A DNA stretch of 64,000 nucleotides, taken from contig CM119372.1 in assembly GCA_051294905.1 (NCBI GenBank), positions 9,550,001-9,614,000 of the forward strand. The letters are read 5' to 3'. Shown in pieces: positions 28,101 to 39,538 of this stretch. Origin of the DNA: Botryllus schlosseri. Its lineage: Eukaryota. The first letter of the stretch is position 1, and each line of letters opens with the position of its first letter. Both the position numbers and the translations under genes were made by a program. The notes below the pieces were generated by a model. The model had not been told where the DNA came from. It did not search any database and saw only the letters and a list, made by a program, of their open reading frames with translations.

Positions 28101-31100
28101 GAACGCCACTCCAATGTTCCTCTATTTCAAGAGCGGTAAGAAGAAATTCCAATATCATGGAGAGACAACTTCAGCTGATGCGTTCATACAGTTTATCGCA
28201 AAGTACTGTCATGATATATTTCCATGGTGTTTACATCTTGCTTGATTCATGTTGGCAATACATTACTAGGCCAAAATTCATACAGAAGAAACCCACATCA
28301 AAGGAAAATACTTGGTTTGGACCGTCATCCAATGTGAAGCACCTCGACAAAGAATCATTACCACAGTTTGTATCAGAAAACGAGCAAGCATTGGTAATGT
28401 TTTACGCTCCGTGTAAGTATTTGTTAGTATAAGTAAGCCTGTTGTTTGCTGACATCCTTAGGGGGACATCTATTTAGAAATTTTACTGTTTCTTGACATA
28501 AGTTACGAATAGACTTAATCTTGCACACATCAACCATACAAAATATGTTACTGTTGGACGAATGAATGAAGCATTTCTAATGGTAAACTGTGTGACTCAC
28601 ACAAGAAAAGGTATTCCAATTCCAGAATTTACGACTGTATATATTTTTATTGGAGAAGCTGCTGAATCACCTGAATGTCTTGGTGTTGTTAAGCTTACCA
28701 TCGCTGATTAACCCCAAAATCTACAATTCAGGATGATGGCAGAAATCAGGGTCTTGATGACCTGACATCGAATTTACTGATCGGTACAGCTGTATTGACA
28801 GTAGAAATTGATTTATCGAAGCATCAGAAATGCAACTGCAATTTAGAACAATTGCTACAGTGTATATGTATATAATACTGTACTGTTCATGTTAATAAAT
28901 GTTAACATACCTCCAGGGTGTGGGCACTGCAAAAATTTTAAGCCAGATTTTGTGAGAGCAGCCGGCATACTAAAAGAGAACTCGGTAAAAGCAAAGCTTG
29001 GAGCATACGATGGAAGTGCAAACCGCGACTACAACTCAAAATACGATGTCAAAGGATACCCTACTCTCGTCTATTTCGAGTAACTTTTTACCAAACCAAT
29101 TTCAAAGACAGTTTCACTGCATCGACTATATATCATTTCAGTGACGGAGTGTATCAGTCACATTATCAAGGCCGAAGAAATGCAGAATCTGTTGTAGAAT
29201 TCTTAACAAAGTAAGACCAAGCTACTGTGGCAAGATTATTTATGCGAATAGGAACTAATATTACTTTTTTGGCCACTAGTTAGAAAATACCAAGTGTTTT
29301 GACATGCTCCATTTGATTTAGATCGAAACTACATACTGAGAAAAGGACCGAGAAAACGGAAAAAGATGAAATAAGCTCGGAACGACCATCTGAGGTTGAG
29401 CTTCTAGATCCCAGCAACTTTCACCAATACCTCGAAGATAACAAAAATGCACTCGTTATGTTTTATGCTCCTTGTAAGTCAGGTCTTTGGGGCTTGTTTT
29501 GCGGCTATCACCGTGTTTCCTCCCATAGGGTGCGGTACGTGCAAGAAAGTGAAGCATGAATTCTATGATGCGGCAGTTGACATAGCGGAGGATCTGGATG
29601 ACTCTGGAATGGCGATATTCAATGCCGATAAGCACCGAGCTTTTGCTCAGGAATTTGGTTTGAAGGTATGAGTGAGATATTGTAATAGTAACTTGTGGTT
29701 TCAATTGTAACTTGTGACATGGTTCCAAACCCATATTTCTATATGATAGATTCATTCAAATATCACGCAATTTAATTACTGTCAACAGTGATTTGAATAG
29801 ATCAAGTCACCATTTTGACAATAATCGGAACATTTTTAAAGTTGATGAATACAACAATCGCATCTTGAAACAATCATGTTATTGTGTCTCGAAAACATAA
29901 TTCGGGAACACGATCTATTCTGATATTCTATACCAGTGGTTCCCAGGGGGCGATTTGGCGGTCTAGGGGGCGAAAATGACGAAGGGGGCGACAGGGGGGC
30001 GACGGGGGGCGAAAATGGCGAAGGGGGCGATGACGCGTCAAATCGGCTGACCTTTTTTTTTTTTTTTTGTAGTCAACCCACGGAAATTTCGTTACAAAAG
30101 TGTGTCAAATTAGACATCGATCCGAAAATTTGAACTTTTTTTTTTTTTAGTCAACCCGCCGGTGATTACAGTTTGTATGCCCAATTTTCGGTACACAAAA
30201 TTTGGGCGGCGATGATCGGTGTTGACCTTGAAAAGGGGGCGATGGGTCGAAAAAGGTTGGGAACCACTGTTCTATACTCAGTGGTAGCCCTCTTAGTTGG
30301 AATTCATCTTGAATATGACTATTCTTATCCAACAAACAATGAACTGTAACTGTGTTCAATCCCTACCAAAAGCTGAGCTTCATACATTTTTCAAAAGTTA
30401 TCTGATTCATTTGTTTTTATATACCGCAACCCATTTTTAATCCATAACAATGCATGCAAAATGGCATTATGTCCCCACAGTATACTGTTACTGCAGATGA
30501 TGATACTTTTATCTTTTTTACTTGTAATTCATGTGGCAACTCGATATAATTGACAGGGATACCCAACTCTTTGGTACTTCAGTGATGGCGAGAAGAAGTT
30601 CAAATACAACGGAAAGTTTCGTAAAGACGCATTTGTGGAATTTATGGAAAAGTATATTGACATCTGTGCATTGATATTTGAAACGAATACCGATTGATTT
30701 GAGCAGCCCGCGCGAATTAGAGGACGAAAAGGAGGCGGCAAAAGAAAAAGTTGGTTTGTGGGTGGGAGAAAAGGACAATATCGAGCATTTGAGCCGGGAA
30801 AATTTTGATAAGACACTGAGGAAATATGACACTGCAATCGTCTTTTTTTACATTCACGGTAACTGGAATCTGATATTCTGTATTCCACAAACCATCTTCA
30901 TTTCTCTTTTCTGCCAGCTTGTTATCACTGCCTGAACACGATAAAGCCAAAGTATGTGCAGGCAGCGGCCATACTAGCTGAAGATAATCCAAATATATTG
31001 CTTGCGGCAGTCAATGGGGACTGGGAAAAACCGATAACATCGAAATATAACGTCAATTCGTACCCGACCTTTCTCTACTTCAAGTACGTTAAGAGTTCGC

Positions 31101-34100
31101 TTTTATAAATATCAGTGTTGGGATCAAGTCACTACCTTCGAGTCACGAGTCATCGCGAGTCATTGCAGATTTTGACTCGAGTCAAGTCAAGTCACTCGAT
31201 TTTCAAAGGTGACTCGAGTCAAGTCAAGTCACTAGATTTTTCGAGGTGACTCGAGTCAAGTCACGAGTCAAGTCAAGTTGAACTTTCGAAGTACAATACG
31301 TGATTCAAGGTCATTGCATTTTGCTAATTATTTTAACTACAGATGGGGTCCCCATTTATTTTGAATCGAGGAACGAATAAAGAGTTGATTATACACACAA
31401 AAATGCGTTCTATCGCTCATGCAAACAAATGTCAAACTACGCAAGTATAGCGGTATAGCTTCAGTCTGTAACAGGGGTGGGAAAACTGCGACTCGCGAGC
31501 CGCATGCTGATCTTTGAGTCTTTGATTGAGGCTCTTCAATGAGTGTGCACTGTGCAGTGTGCAATGTGCATTCGGTGATAATGACCGTAAGCCACTGTGC
31601 CTTTTCCGTCAAGATTCGGCCAATAATAATCACAAAGCTAGAATTCAAACGTCATTACGAAACCAAACACCAAAACCTTAATTGCCAAGAGTTACCCAAA
31701 AAGACATATTTACGAAGTATTATGATTACCGAGCTCCGCACTGTTTGACGTCATATCAGCCTGATTTCAAACACCTTGCAGCCTAGGTGGAGACGCATCG
31801 TCTTATAGCCTACCACACAGTAATATACTTCTTTCGATACCCAACATTTCCTTGTGACGGAATTAGTATATATAAATTTTTGAGTTGTGACTCTTTTAAG
31901 GCAACGATTTTTGATATGCGGCTCGCTCGTGAAGCAGCTCTGCCCACCCCTGATCTATAATTATCAGCCACAATATAGGATAGCATATGAAGCATCAGAA
32001 ATTTCAATAAAATGATATGGAGCAATACCCTACCCACATATATATCCATTATATACAATAATAAACGTATGGGCGATATTCGTTCGATTTAAAGCACACA
32101 AGAGGGTTGGTTGAGGTGTGCAAGTTTACAAAAACGTAAGCTATAACCTCCGATCACTGCGTTAACGATCAATTCATTAGTTATGTAACAATGGAGGCTC
32201 GGTAAAACGCACAATCATTGAGTGATCGGTCAACAATCCGAACTTATACAAGATACGGCGATCTAGTCGACATCGATTACTTGAAATTGACTCGTAAATT
32301 TTGCTTCGAGTGACGAGTCAATCTGCATTTTTGAAGCGTCAAGTCAAGTCATTTTTGCAAAGTGACTCGAGTCAAGTCAAGTCATACGAAAAAGGTGACT
32401 CGAGTCATCCCAACACTGATAAATATCTTTCTTAGCAGCAGCGGTCAACCTGTTTCTGTCTGCGGACCAGTCAATTAGCAATATTTTCAATCATTGGCTG
32501 AGTCGATCAGAACTGTGAGCTTGTCTCATAGCAATGAGATTGTGTTCATTACAATGAGATTGTGTTCATTACAAGGTTAACAACAGGCGACAAGCGTGTT
32601 TACTTGCTTATGTCTAGTATACTCTGTTTTGTTTGCTGCAATTGTACAAAAACCAAACTATTTCTAAATACATCTTGGTTCTAAACCTAGAAACGGTAAA
32701 ATGATGTATAAATACGATGGATCCCGGGAGACGACGGCATTTGTGAATTTTCTGAAAAGGTATGGAATGACATCAGAAGTCATAGTAATGCAGTAACAGA
32801 GTGTGTTCGTTCATGTTTCCCAGTCCTTCAAAGGAACTTGCCAAGCGTCAGAAACCAACATCGTGGCAAGATTTTCCCAATTTGGAGTTTGGTCGCGTCG
32901 AGCACCTCAGCAACAAGACCTATGACTCGTTTTTGGCGAACTATGTAACTGCAATTAATACCCTTATATCTCAAATATAGTACTGTCAAAACATGTTGTC
33001 ATGCAGGACACATCGGTTATTTTATTGCACTCTCTTTGGCATCCAAAGTCTTGCGTTAAAGCGAGGGAGGATTTGAAAGAAGCGTCGGAGAGATTACCGA
33101 AGTATGTTGGTACAGGAGCAGTGGATTGTCACAGACTACCTGAGAATGGAGGTTTGTAGAATATAATGAGCTCCCAACTTTCCAATATGTGAATTCAAAA
33201 AAATTAATGGGACAAGCGTTATACGTAAACAGCCAATTTGATGCTTTTTATCAGTCTCATCTTCTTTGCTGGGGTTCAAACAAACCCTCGCTGTGTCAGT
33301 CTCAGTGGTTCACTGAAGGCCAAGGCACGCACTGATTTCCAGGGTCGTAATGGCTCGAGTCGGGATTTTCTGATGACTCGAGTCGTTTTCTTAAAATACG
33401 GAAATGACTCGACTTGAGTCAATCTGTGTATTGGCTCGACTTGGACTCGAGTCATTGCGCATGACTCGGACCAAGTCGTATGATTCGAGAATCAGACGGC
33501 CAAGACCGGCTTTTCATTATTTCAAATAACACTAAAGTAACCACACTTTTGGGATTTTGTGGAATAGTACTGGTACTTGAAAATTCGACCAGAAACTGTT
33601 TAAAGTGAGGTAAATTAGTATATTATAAATGTGAACTATTCAATATCACCAAACTGAGTTACAACGAGTGGATTTAAGCAAGACTATAACTGGAAACTTG
33701 AGTGAGCAGTCAACAGAATGACTTGGGACTCGAGTCATAATACTATGACTCGGACTTGACCCTCTGCTCGATGACTTGAACTCGGACTTGACTCCGTGGT
33801 GAATTGAAAATAACTACACTTGACTCGAGTCAAAACTAAATAAGTGAGATCGTCTTGTGACTTGGTTACAACCCTGCTGATTTCCAATGAAATAATCATC
33901 ACGATGTGAGTGAAAAATGTTATTAATGGCTTTGTTCATTTGACACCGTTATCATCGCAAATCTCCCGATTCAACTAACTGGCAAATCTATCAGTAATGT
34001 ACGATGCAGCTGCGATCATTTCTTAGATTTCATTTTGCGCAGATGAATACAAGGTACTTCGTAGCTGGGATAACTGTGACATGAGTGTAACTTCTCCCTC

Positions 34101-34257
34101 TTTCTCAGTGGTCTGCTACAATCTCTCGGTGAAGAATTTCCCAGCATACAAGTTCTTCAAGAAAGGAATTTATCAAAGAGATATCGAAGCGTCGAGTGCT
34201 GACGACATCATCGATTTCCTAATGAGAGAATCCTTCAAGACCCGAGACGAATTATAA
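25185..34257 (+). CDS. PDIA5: PDIA5 long-isoform extension: 18 further exons encoding six more thioredoxin-fold domains, ending in RDEL
   Basis: Exons start at about 25185, 25345, 25690, 26364, 26555, 28072, 28270, 28917, 29142, 29322, 29529, 30557, 30707, 30919, 32691, 32824, 33007 and 34109, and join in phase. Motifs DCPNC, NCKTC, WCGHC, WCGTC, ACYHC and WHPKSC; C-terminus ESFKTRDEL*. No signal-peptide exon of its own was found. Confidence 0.8.
26053..26254. mobile_element. MITE, family B
   Basis: TIRs CAGAGGTGGTCA / TGACCACCTCTG; TSD CATATGTC. Confidence 0.9.
27450..28013. mobile_element. hAT-type MITE with GACTCGAGTC subterminal repeats (family C)
   Basis: TIRs CAGGGTTGTAA / TTACAACCCTG; TSD CTAGCTAG / CCAGCTAG (7 of 8 match). 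Confidence 0.88.
29934..30269. mobile_element. hAT (Charlie-like) MITE
   Basis: TIRs CAGTGGTTCCCA / TGGGAACCACTG; TSD TTCTATAC. Confidence 0.88.
31113..32418. mobile_element. hAT-type element with GAGTCAAGTCAA repeats (family D), with a nested element
   Basis: TIRs CAGTGTTGGGAT / ATCCCAACACTG; TSD ATAAATAT. Other copies at about 26830-27074, 35122-35434 and from 63658 to the window end. Confidence 0.9.
31472..31952. mobile_element. Nested hAT (SPIN/Buster-like) deletion derivative
   Basis: TIRs CAGGGGTGGG / CCCACCCCTG; imperfect TSD GTCTGTAA / ATCTATAA; zinc-finger remnant KRHYETKH in ORF 31539-31748. Confidence 0.7.
33340..33876. mobile_element. hAT-type MITE, family C
   Basis: TIRs CAGGGTCGTAA / TTACAACCCTG; TSD CTGATTTC; colinear with 27450-28013. 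Confidence 0.9.
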
Positions 34258-34514
34258 ATCGACAAGCGATCGTGTGAAGAAAAACTTTGTTCGTTGCATA
34301 TCCACTTGAAAACAATATGAGCTTCGGAAAAATTAAATGAGCGAGTGTATCGAAATTTGACAGTTTGAATTATGTCAATCAAGACGTTCGAGTACCATAA
34401 TAGCACATTACTACGTGAAATTGCTACACGGCTGGTCACTAGTACAGAAAAATATTCGGCGAATAGTGCTTTTGCTCTACCATCGTTGAATAAAAAAAAT
34501 CTGCCCGCATCATT

Positions 34515-36316
34515 TCAATCGTTCTTTTTGTCGCTAGACAGAGACTTCTTTCTTTGAGCGAACATGTGAAAGTAAAGCTGTGGAAACCCTGTAATGTAAT
34601 CATAGTATTTTTGCGGATGCAACAAGAAATGAAAACAAGGAATTTTTTACCTGCCAGATACAGAGGAAACAGGCCGATCAGAACGTAGTAGTAATTGAAC
34701 GCGAAATTCCAATGATTCGGTAATGACATGGTATACAGTCCACTGGCTGCCACGTGAGGCAACGCTTTATAAATTGTCATCAATTCACCCTACGTTACAT
34801 CATTGAATTTTAATTCGGTTTTTCCGTAAAAACGACATCTTCACTCACCGTAACTCCCAAAGGATACAGTACGATGAATAGAGTGTACCTGAAAAATTAG
34901 TGAGAAACATCTGCGACTACTCATAGTTATTATGATCCGCGGTTCCACTATTTTCCTCCGCGCAAGACACAATGCACAACGCTATACACAAGACATAATG
35001 CGATGTAATGAACAAATAGGGAGGATACCAAGATGACTTAGTTACGGTCTATCAATCTAATATCGATCATCCAGTTCTGATTAAAGATGACTTGGTATTT
35101 TTCGACCATACCTATTTGCGCCAGTGTTGGGATCAAGTCACTACCTTCCCGAGTCATTGCACATTCTGACTCTAGTCAAGTCGCTCAATTTTTGGAGATG
35201 ACTCAAGCCAAGTCACAAAGTCATGACGAATTTAAGTATGGGGGGATTCAAGTTCAAGTCATGGCATTTTGCAAGATGATTGAAGTACCGGTATGCTAGA
35301 GATTGAGTCGCTATAGATTTTGAATTGAGACCACACAGATTTCTTGATGACTTGAAATTGACTTGAAAATTTAGTTTCGAGTCACAAGTCTAATCACGTC
35401 AATTGAAAAAGTTGACTAGAGTTCAGCCGACACTGATTCGCGCTTGCGAGTTTTGTTGATCACGACTTTACACGAATGTGTATAGATTTTTACATCGTTC
35501 TGGATGCTGCGATTAATCAAGGTGATAACTTTCAAATCTCATGAATAATGTAACTCTTAGTGTGAAGGATTAACATTTGAGTGCTCAACACATTGTGCCG
35601 AGCCAAAATGCATATTGTATATGACAGCGATTAAAATCTCCACACAGGCATACACATGTAGACGAAAAAAAGCGCCAACCTCAGCCATAGAATGGAATAT
35701 GGCGATGAGCCTAAGAGGTGAAACGTGTAGAAGCAATATCGAATGATTTCTGTGATTGTCCATGCCGTCATCAGCATGACGACACCTTCGCAATCTTGCA
35801 CCTATCAACGGCGAACGTTCATTGATCTAATTTTATCAGCACCCATCATCACAATCAGTTACTTCATACCTGATAGACTGGCTCTATCACAAACCACAAA
35901 AGTCCCACTCGGGAAAACACTTGTACAGTAGTTAGCAGCACGTTACTTCTTACAATCCCAACAGCCGCATGAACTATCTGCAGAATTTAATTTTCATATT
36001 ATGGGGGCGACATGAATGTAGCGACATACACATACCTCCAGTAGAGCACAGGTCTGGAAAAATAGCGTCTGCTTTTGCATCTGAATGTATAGGCCTTTGT
36101 ACGTTTTGTGTTTCATGACGTGCATGACCATTCCTACGCCAATAGCAAGCCACCTAAATATAAAATGTGCATAGTTCGATTACAACAGAGGGACGCTTAT
36201 AATGGCACGATGCAATGCTAGGAATATAGATCTCACCCAGCTGTCATTGCAACATTATACATAACCAACCACGCATGAGACAAAGAACTGGGCTCCTTCT
36301 TAGCAGTGGTTGCCAT
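34515..36316 (-). CDS. HACD2: Very-long-chain (3R)-3-hydroxyacyl-CoA dehydratase (HACD1/2, PTPLA family), 7 exons
   Basis: Spliced product MATTAKKEPSSLSHAWLVMYNVAMTAGW..FFQTCALLEIVHAAVGIVRS..QVFSRV..AWTITEIIRY..WLRYTLFIVLYPLGVTGEL..FPQLYFHMFAQRKK..KKND*. Catalytic Tyr and Glu and the dilysine ER motif are present. HACD1 versus HACD2 cannot be resolved here. Confidence 0.93.
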
Positions 36317-36801
36317 TATATCCCAGCAAGTGTTTGAATACTATGCAAACAGTGTTCTGGAAATTAAAATTGGATCAATCATGAGGATTGACACACAGTC
36401 GGTGACCAATATATCGTTAAATGTATTAGAAAACGGGAGTAGTTTCATCGTAGCTAAAACGTTGCATTACCATATCAACACTAACATCATCATAAATCCA
36501 TTATATATTTTGATAAACTGATTTCAGGTATTCAATTCTATGAATAAAATGACAAAATATTTCTCAAGTAGGCCTACATGCATTCCACAAAACAAATCAG
36601 CCAGACTTCTAGAAATCTCAACGCGTCGTAAGCTCGTAACGTATCAAGGCAGTCACAAATATTGAGGTGCATAATCAACTGTAAGATAATGATCTGAAAT
36701 TCAAAATTCTGACACGCGTCGTAGTAAACGGTAATAACATTACATAAATGATATAAACTATTGTACAACATATTCAACCTTTACCGTACTCAATACTAAT
36801 T

Positions 36802-37701
36802 TTAGGAAGGAGGTACTAATTTGTTCAAAAATTTCAACGCCAGCTCAAAGCCCATAAAGCAACAGGCATTCGCCGGGAAAGCTCTCAGCATCACTGGGGT
36901 GAAGCCTCTGTACATTCCCTTGAACCCGTCGTTCTTCATAACATCGCGAAACACATCTCCCACACCAGAATAGCGTCCTTCAGGTGCTGTTTGAAATTTA
37001 GATTTGAGCACATCGGGCGGAATCGCGACGGCCCAATTCAGGATTCCTGCCACCCCTCCTGCACACAGCACGCTGCCGATGCTAAGCTCGGACGGGTCCT
37101 TACCCGGAGGGGTCAACGCTTTTTTAAGGAATTCGTAACTCGCGAAATACATGCCGCTTGCGGGTATGTCTCGACATAACGTGAGGAGGGTTCCGCGGTA
37201 AATGCTTCGCATGCCGCCGCTTCGGTAGAGTTTTTTGGCGCAGTCCACCGGTCCGTCATACAGCTTTGCGCTGGACGCGGCTTGAGCTTGAAGCAAGCAC
37301 TTGATCCTTTCTCCGGGAGCCATAATGACGGTAGTCAAAATCCCGGAAACTCCACCAGCAACGAAAAGCTTGGGTAAAGAGAGACTCTCAGAGTCGTCTC
37401 CAGTGGCTTTACGTACCATATCCTTACCTAAGCCAAAACCAAAGAAACTAAGTGCAAAAATGGGGGTAACTCCGACGATAGGAGCAGCCATGCCCTTGTA
37501 GAGTCCTCGTATTCCTTCCAATTTAAGGGTTTTAATGAAACAGTCCCACGTGCCCGTGTACAACGGCAGCTGGCCCGGTTTTGGAATGGGCATAATCTGC
37601 AGACGTACTTTGATGGTGTCGAGCGGATGACCACTGGCGACGGCGCACACGCCTCCGACACCGCCAGCGATAAAATTCTTCCACGCGCTTTGTTCTCCCA
37701 T
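36802..37701 (-). CDS. SLC25A20: Mitochondrial carnitine/acylcarnitine carrier, intronless, 299 aa
   Basis: Three carrier repeats ([31 protein letters not shown]) plus CACT-typical [28 protein letters not shown] and [14 protein letters not shown]. Confidence 0.96.
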   Translation of the reverse strand: MGEQSAWKNFIAGGVGGVCAVASGHPLDTIKVRLQIMPIPKPGQLPLYTGTWDCFIKTLKLEGIRGLYKGMAAPIVGVTPIFALSFFGFGLGKDMVRKATGDDSESLSLPKLFVAGGVSGILTTVIMAPGERIKCLLQAQAASSAKLYDGPVDCAKKLYRSGGMRSIYRGTLLTLCRDIPASGMYFASYEFLKKALTPPGKDPSELSIGSVLCAGGVAGILNWAVAIPPDVLKSKFQTAPEGRYSGVGDVFRDVMKNDGFKGMYRGFTPVMLRAFPANACCFMGFELALKFLNKLVPPS

Positions 37702-38602
37702 GGCTTCAGATTAAGTAGTTACAGGTACTTCGGACAATTATTAAATCACAAATTTGCTGTCAAAGCGAAAAGAAATGTGGTATTGTGAAAAACTGTATAT
37801 TATAATAATTCAGAGCAACAAATATAATACTACACCATCGCTACACGAGGGCGATGCACACGAGTGCAATAATATAAAAAAAGTATAACGACATGTATAA
37901 AAAAGACGGAGTGCATATTCGTGCGGAAACAGAAACTATAATGTTGAAAGTACGAAAATAGAACTTTTTCAGTAAATTCATGCAAAATCAACTTTTTGCG
38001 TTCACGCACACACTTACTTAATTTTATATTATATTAATCTTATTTGATTTATCCTATATTTTTGTCTTTGAAATTGACAAGCGATAAAGCTTGCGACTTT
38101 ATACGAAAATTATTATAACCTGAGAGAATGTCAAGCCGCAATTGATAATTGGCTGCGTTTCACACAATTCCTCGTAAGACAGGTCACACTTCACCGCATG
38201 TTCAGAATATTCATTCATCAAACGATATATAAAACAATATCAATCACGATATTGGTTAACAAATTATCAGAGCAGGCCCTATCTGTCAATGACATGGTCG
38301 AAACTTGTACTGACCAATGACTACCAATCTTCATGAGCTGATTATACATCAGTGAATTAAAGTGACGGATATTAATCATAGGGAAGAAGCATACCAAGAT
38401 AGCAAAGAAAGACCAAAACTAACGAGGAATTGAAAACAAATATGGAAGCTAATTTGGGTGAAATATCGGATAAATTCAATGAGCAATCAACATGGAATCA
38501 GTGTTCCAATCACACATAACACGTAATATCACTGTCCATTGGATGCAATGATTGCAGCGTGCTTGCTTGTCACCCTATATCTTAAGAGAGGAAACAAAGT
38601 TC

Positions 38603-39538
38603 GGCACTTCTTCGATGGCAGTCAGAGATCGAAAAGTGTTCACCATGATCACCAATGAATGTTTCCTATGAACACGAACAAAAATTTATAAACGTCAAAA
38701 TATATTGTTTTGGCATTTGGAGAGGGTTAGGGTCAAAGTTAGGTTAAAGGGTATCCCAAGATTAGGGTTGGGGGATATTAGGGTTGCGGGAGGGGGTATT
38801 AGGGCTGGGGGGATATATTAAGGTTGCGGGAGGGGGATATTAGGGTTGTGGGAAGGGGTATTAGGGCTGGGGTTAGGGGGATATTAGGGTTGTGGGAGGG
38901 GGATATTAGGGTTGGGGTTAGGGGGATATTAGGGTTGCGGGAGGGGGATATTAGGGTTGTGGGAGGGGGGATATTAGGGTTGCAGGAGGGAGGATATTAT
39001 GTTTAGGGTAGGGGATATTAGGATTAGGGGAGAGGAAGATTGGAGGTGGGTAGGGTATCCCAAGATTAGGGTTGGAGGTGGCTTAGGTTCAAAGTTGGGG
39101 TTAGATTACCCCTAACCGGGGTTTAAACCACCTCCAACCTCCTTTTTCCCAACCCTATTATCCCCTCACCAACAGCCCTAATTACCCCCTGACCCCAACC
39201 CTAATGTCCGACCTCCCGCAACCCTAATATCCCCCCTCCACAACCCTAATATCCTCCCTCCCGCAAGGCCGCAACCCTAATATCCCCCCTCCTGCAACCC
39301 TAATATCCCCCTTCCCTAATCTTGAGATACCCAACCCCAACTTTGACCCCAACCCTCTTCCAATCTCCCTTTCTCCCCACCCTAATACCCCTACCCCAAC
39401 CCTAATCTCCGTCACTCCAAAGGCACTAAAAGACAGTTTATATTGACGTTTATAAATTTTTGTTCTTGTTCATGGAAAACATTCATTGGTGATCATGGTG
39501 AACACTTTTCGATCTCTGACTGCCATCGAAGAAGTGCC
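38603..39538. mobile_element. Foldback element (GG..CC termini, 8-bp TSD) with telomere-like GGATATTAGGGTT arms
   Basis: About 100-bp TIRs GGCACTTCTTCGATGGCAGTCAGAGATCG.. / ..CGATCTCTGACTGCCATCGAAGAAGTGCC; TSD CAAAGTTC (38595-38602, 39539-39546); G-rich arm ~38720-39105 and C-rich arm ~39108-39410. Confidence 0.9.

Noticed and set aside
34043..34053. Possible 11-nt micro-exon (AG|ATGAATACAAG|GT) in the last PDIA5 intron
   Set aside because: Including it shifts the frame. The direct splice from ~33151 to 34109 already gives the RDEL frame.
38720..39410. Ancient chromosome end-to-end telomere fusion
   Set aside because: The arrays are enclosed by matching TIRs and an 8-bp TSD, indicating a transposon insertion.
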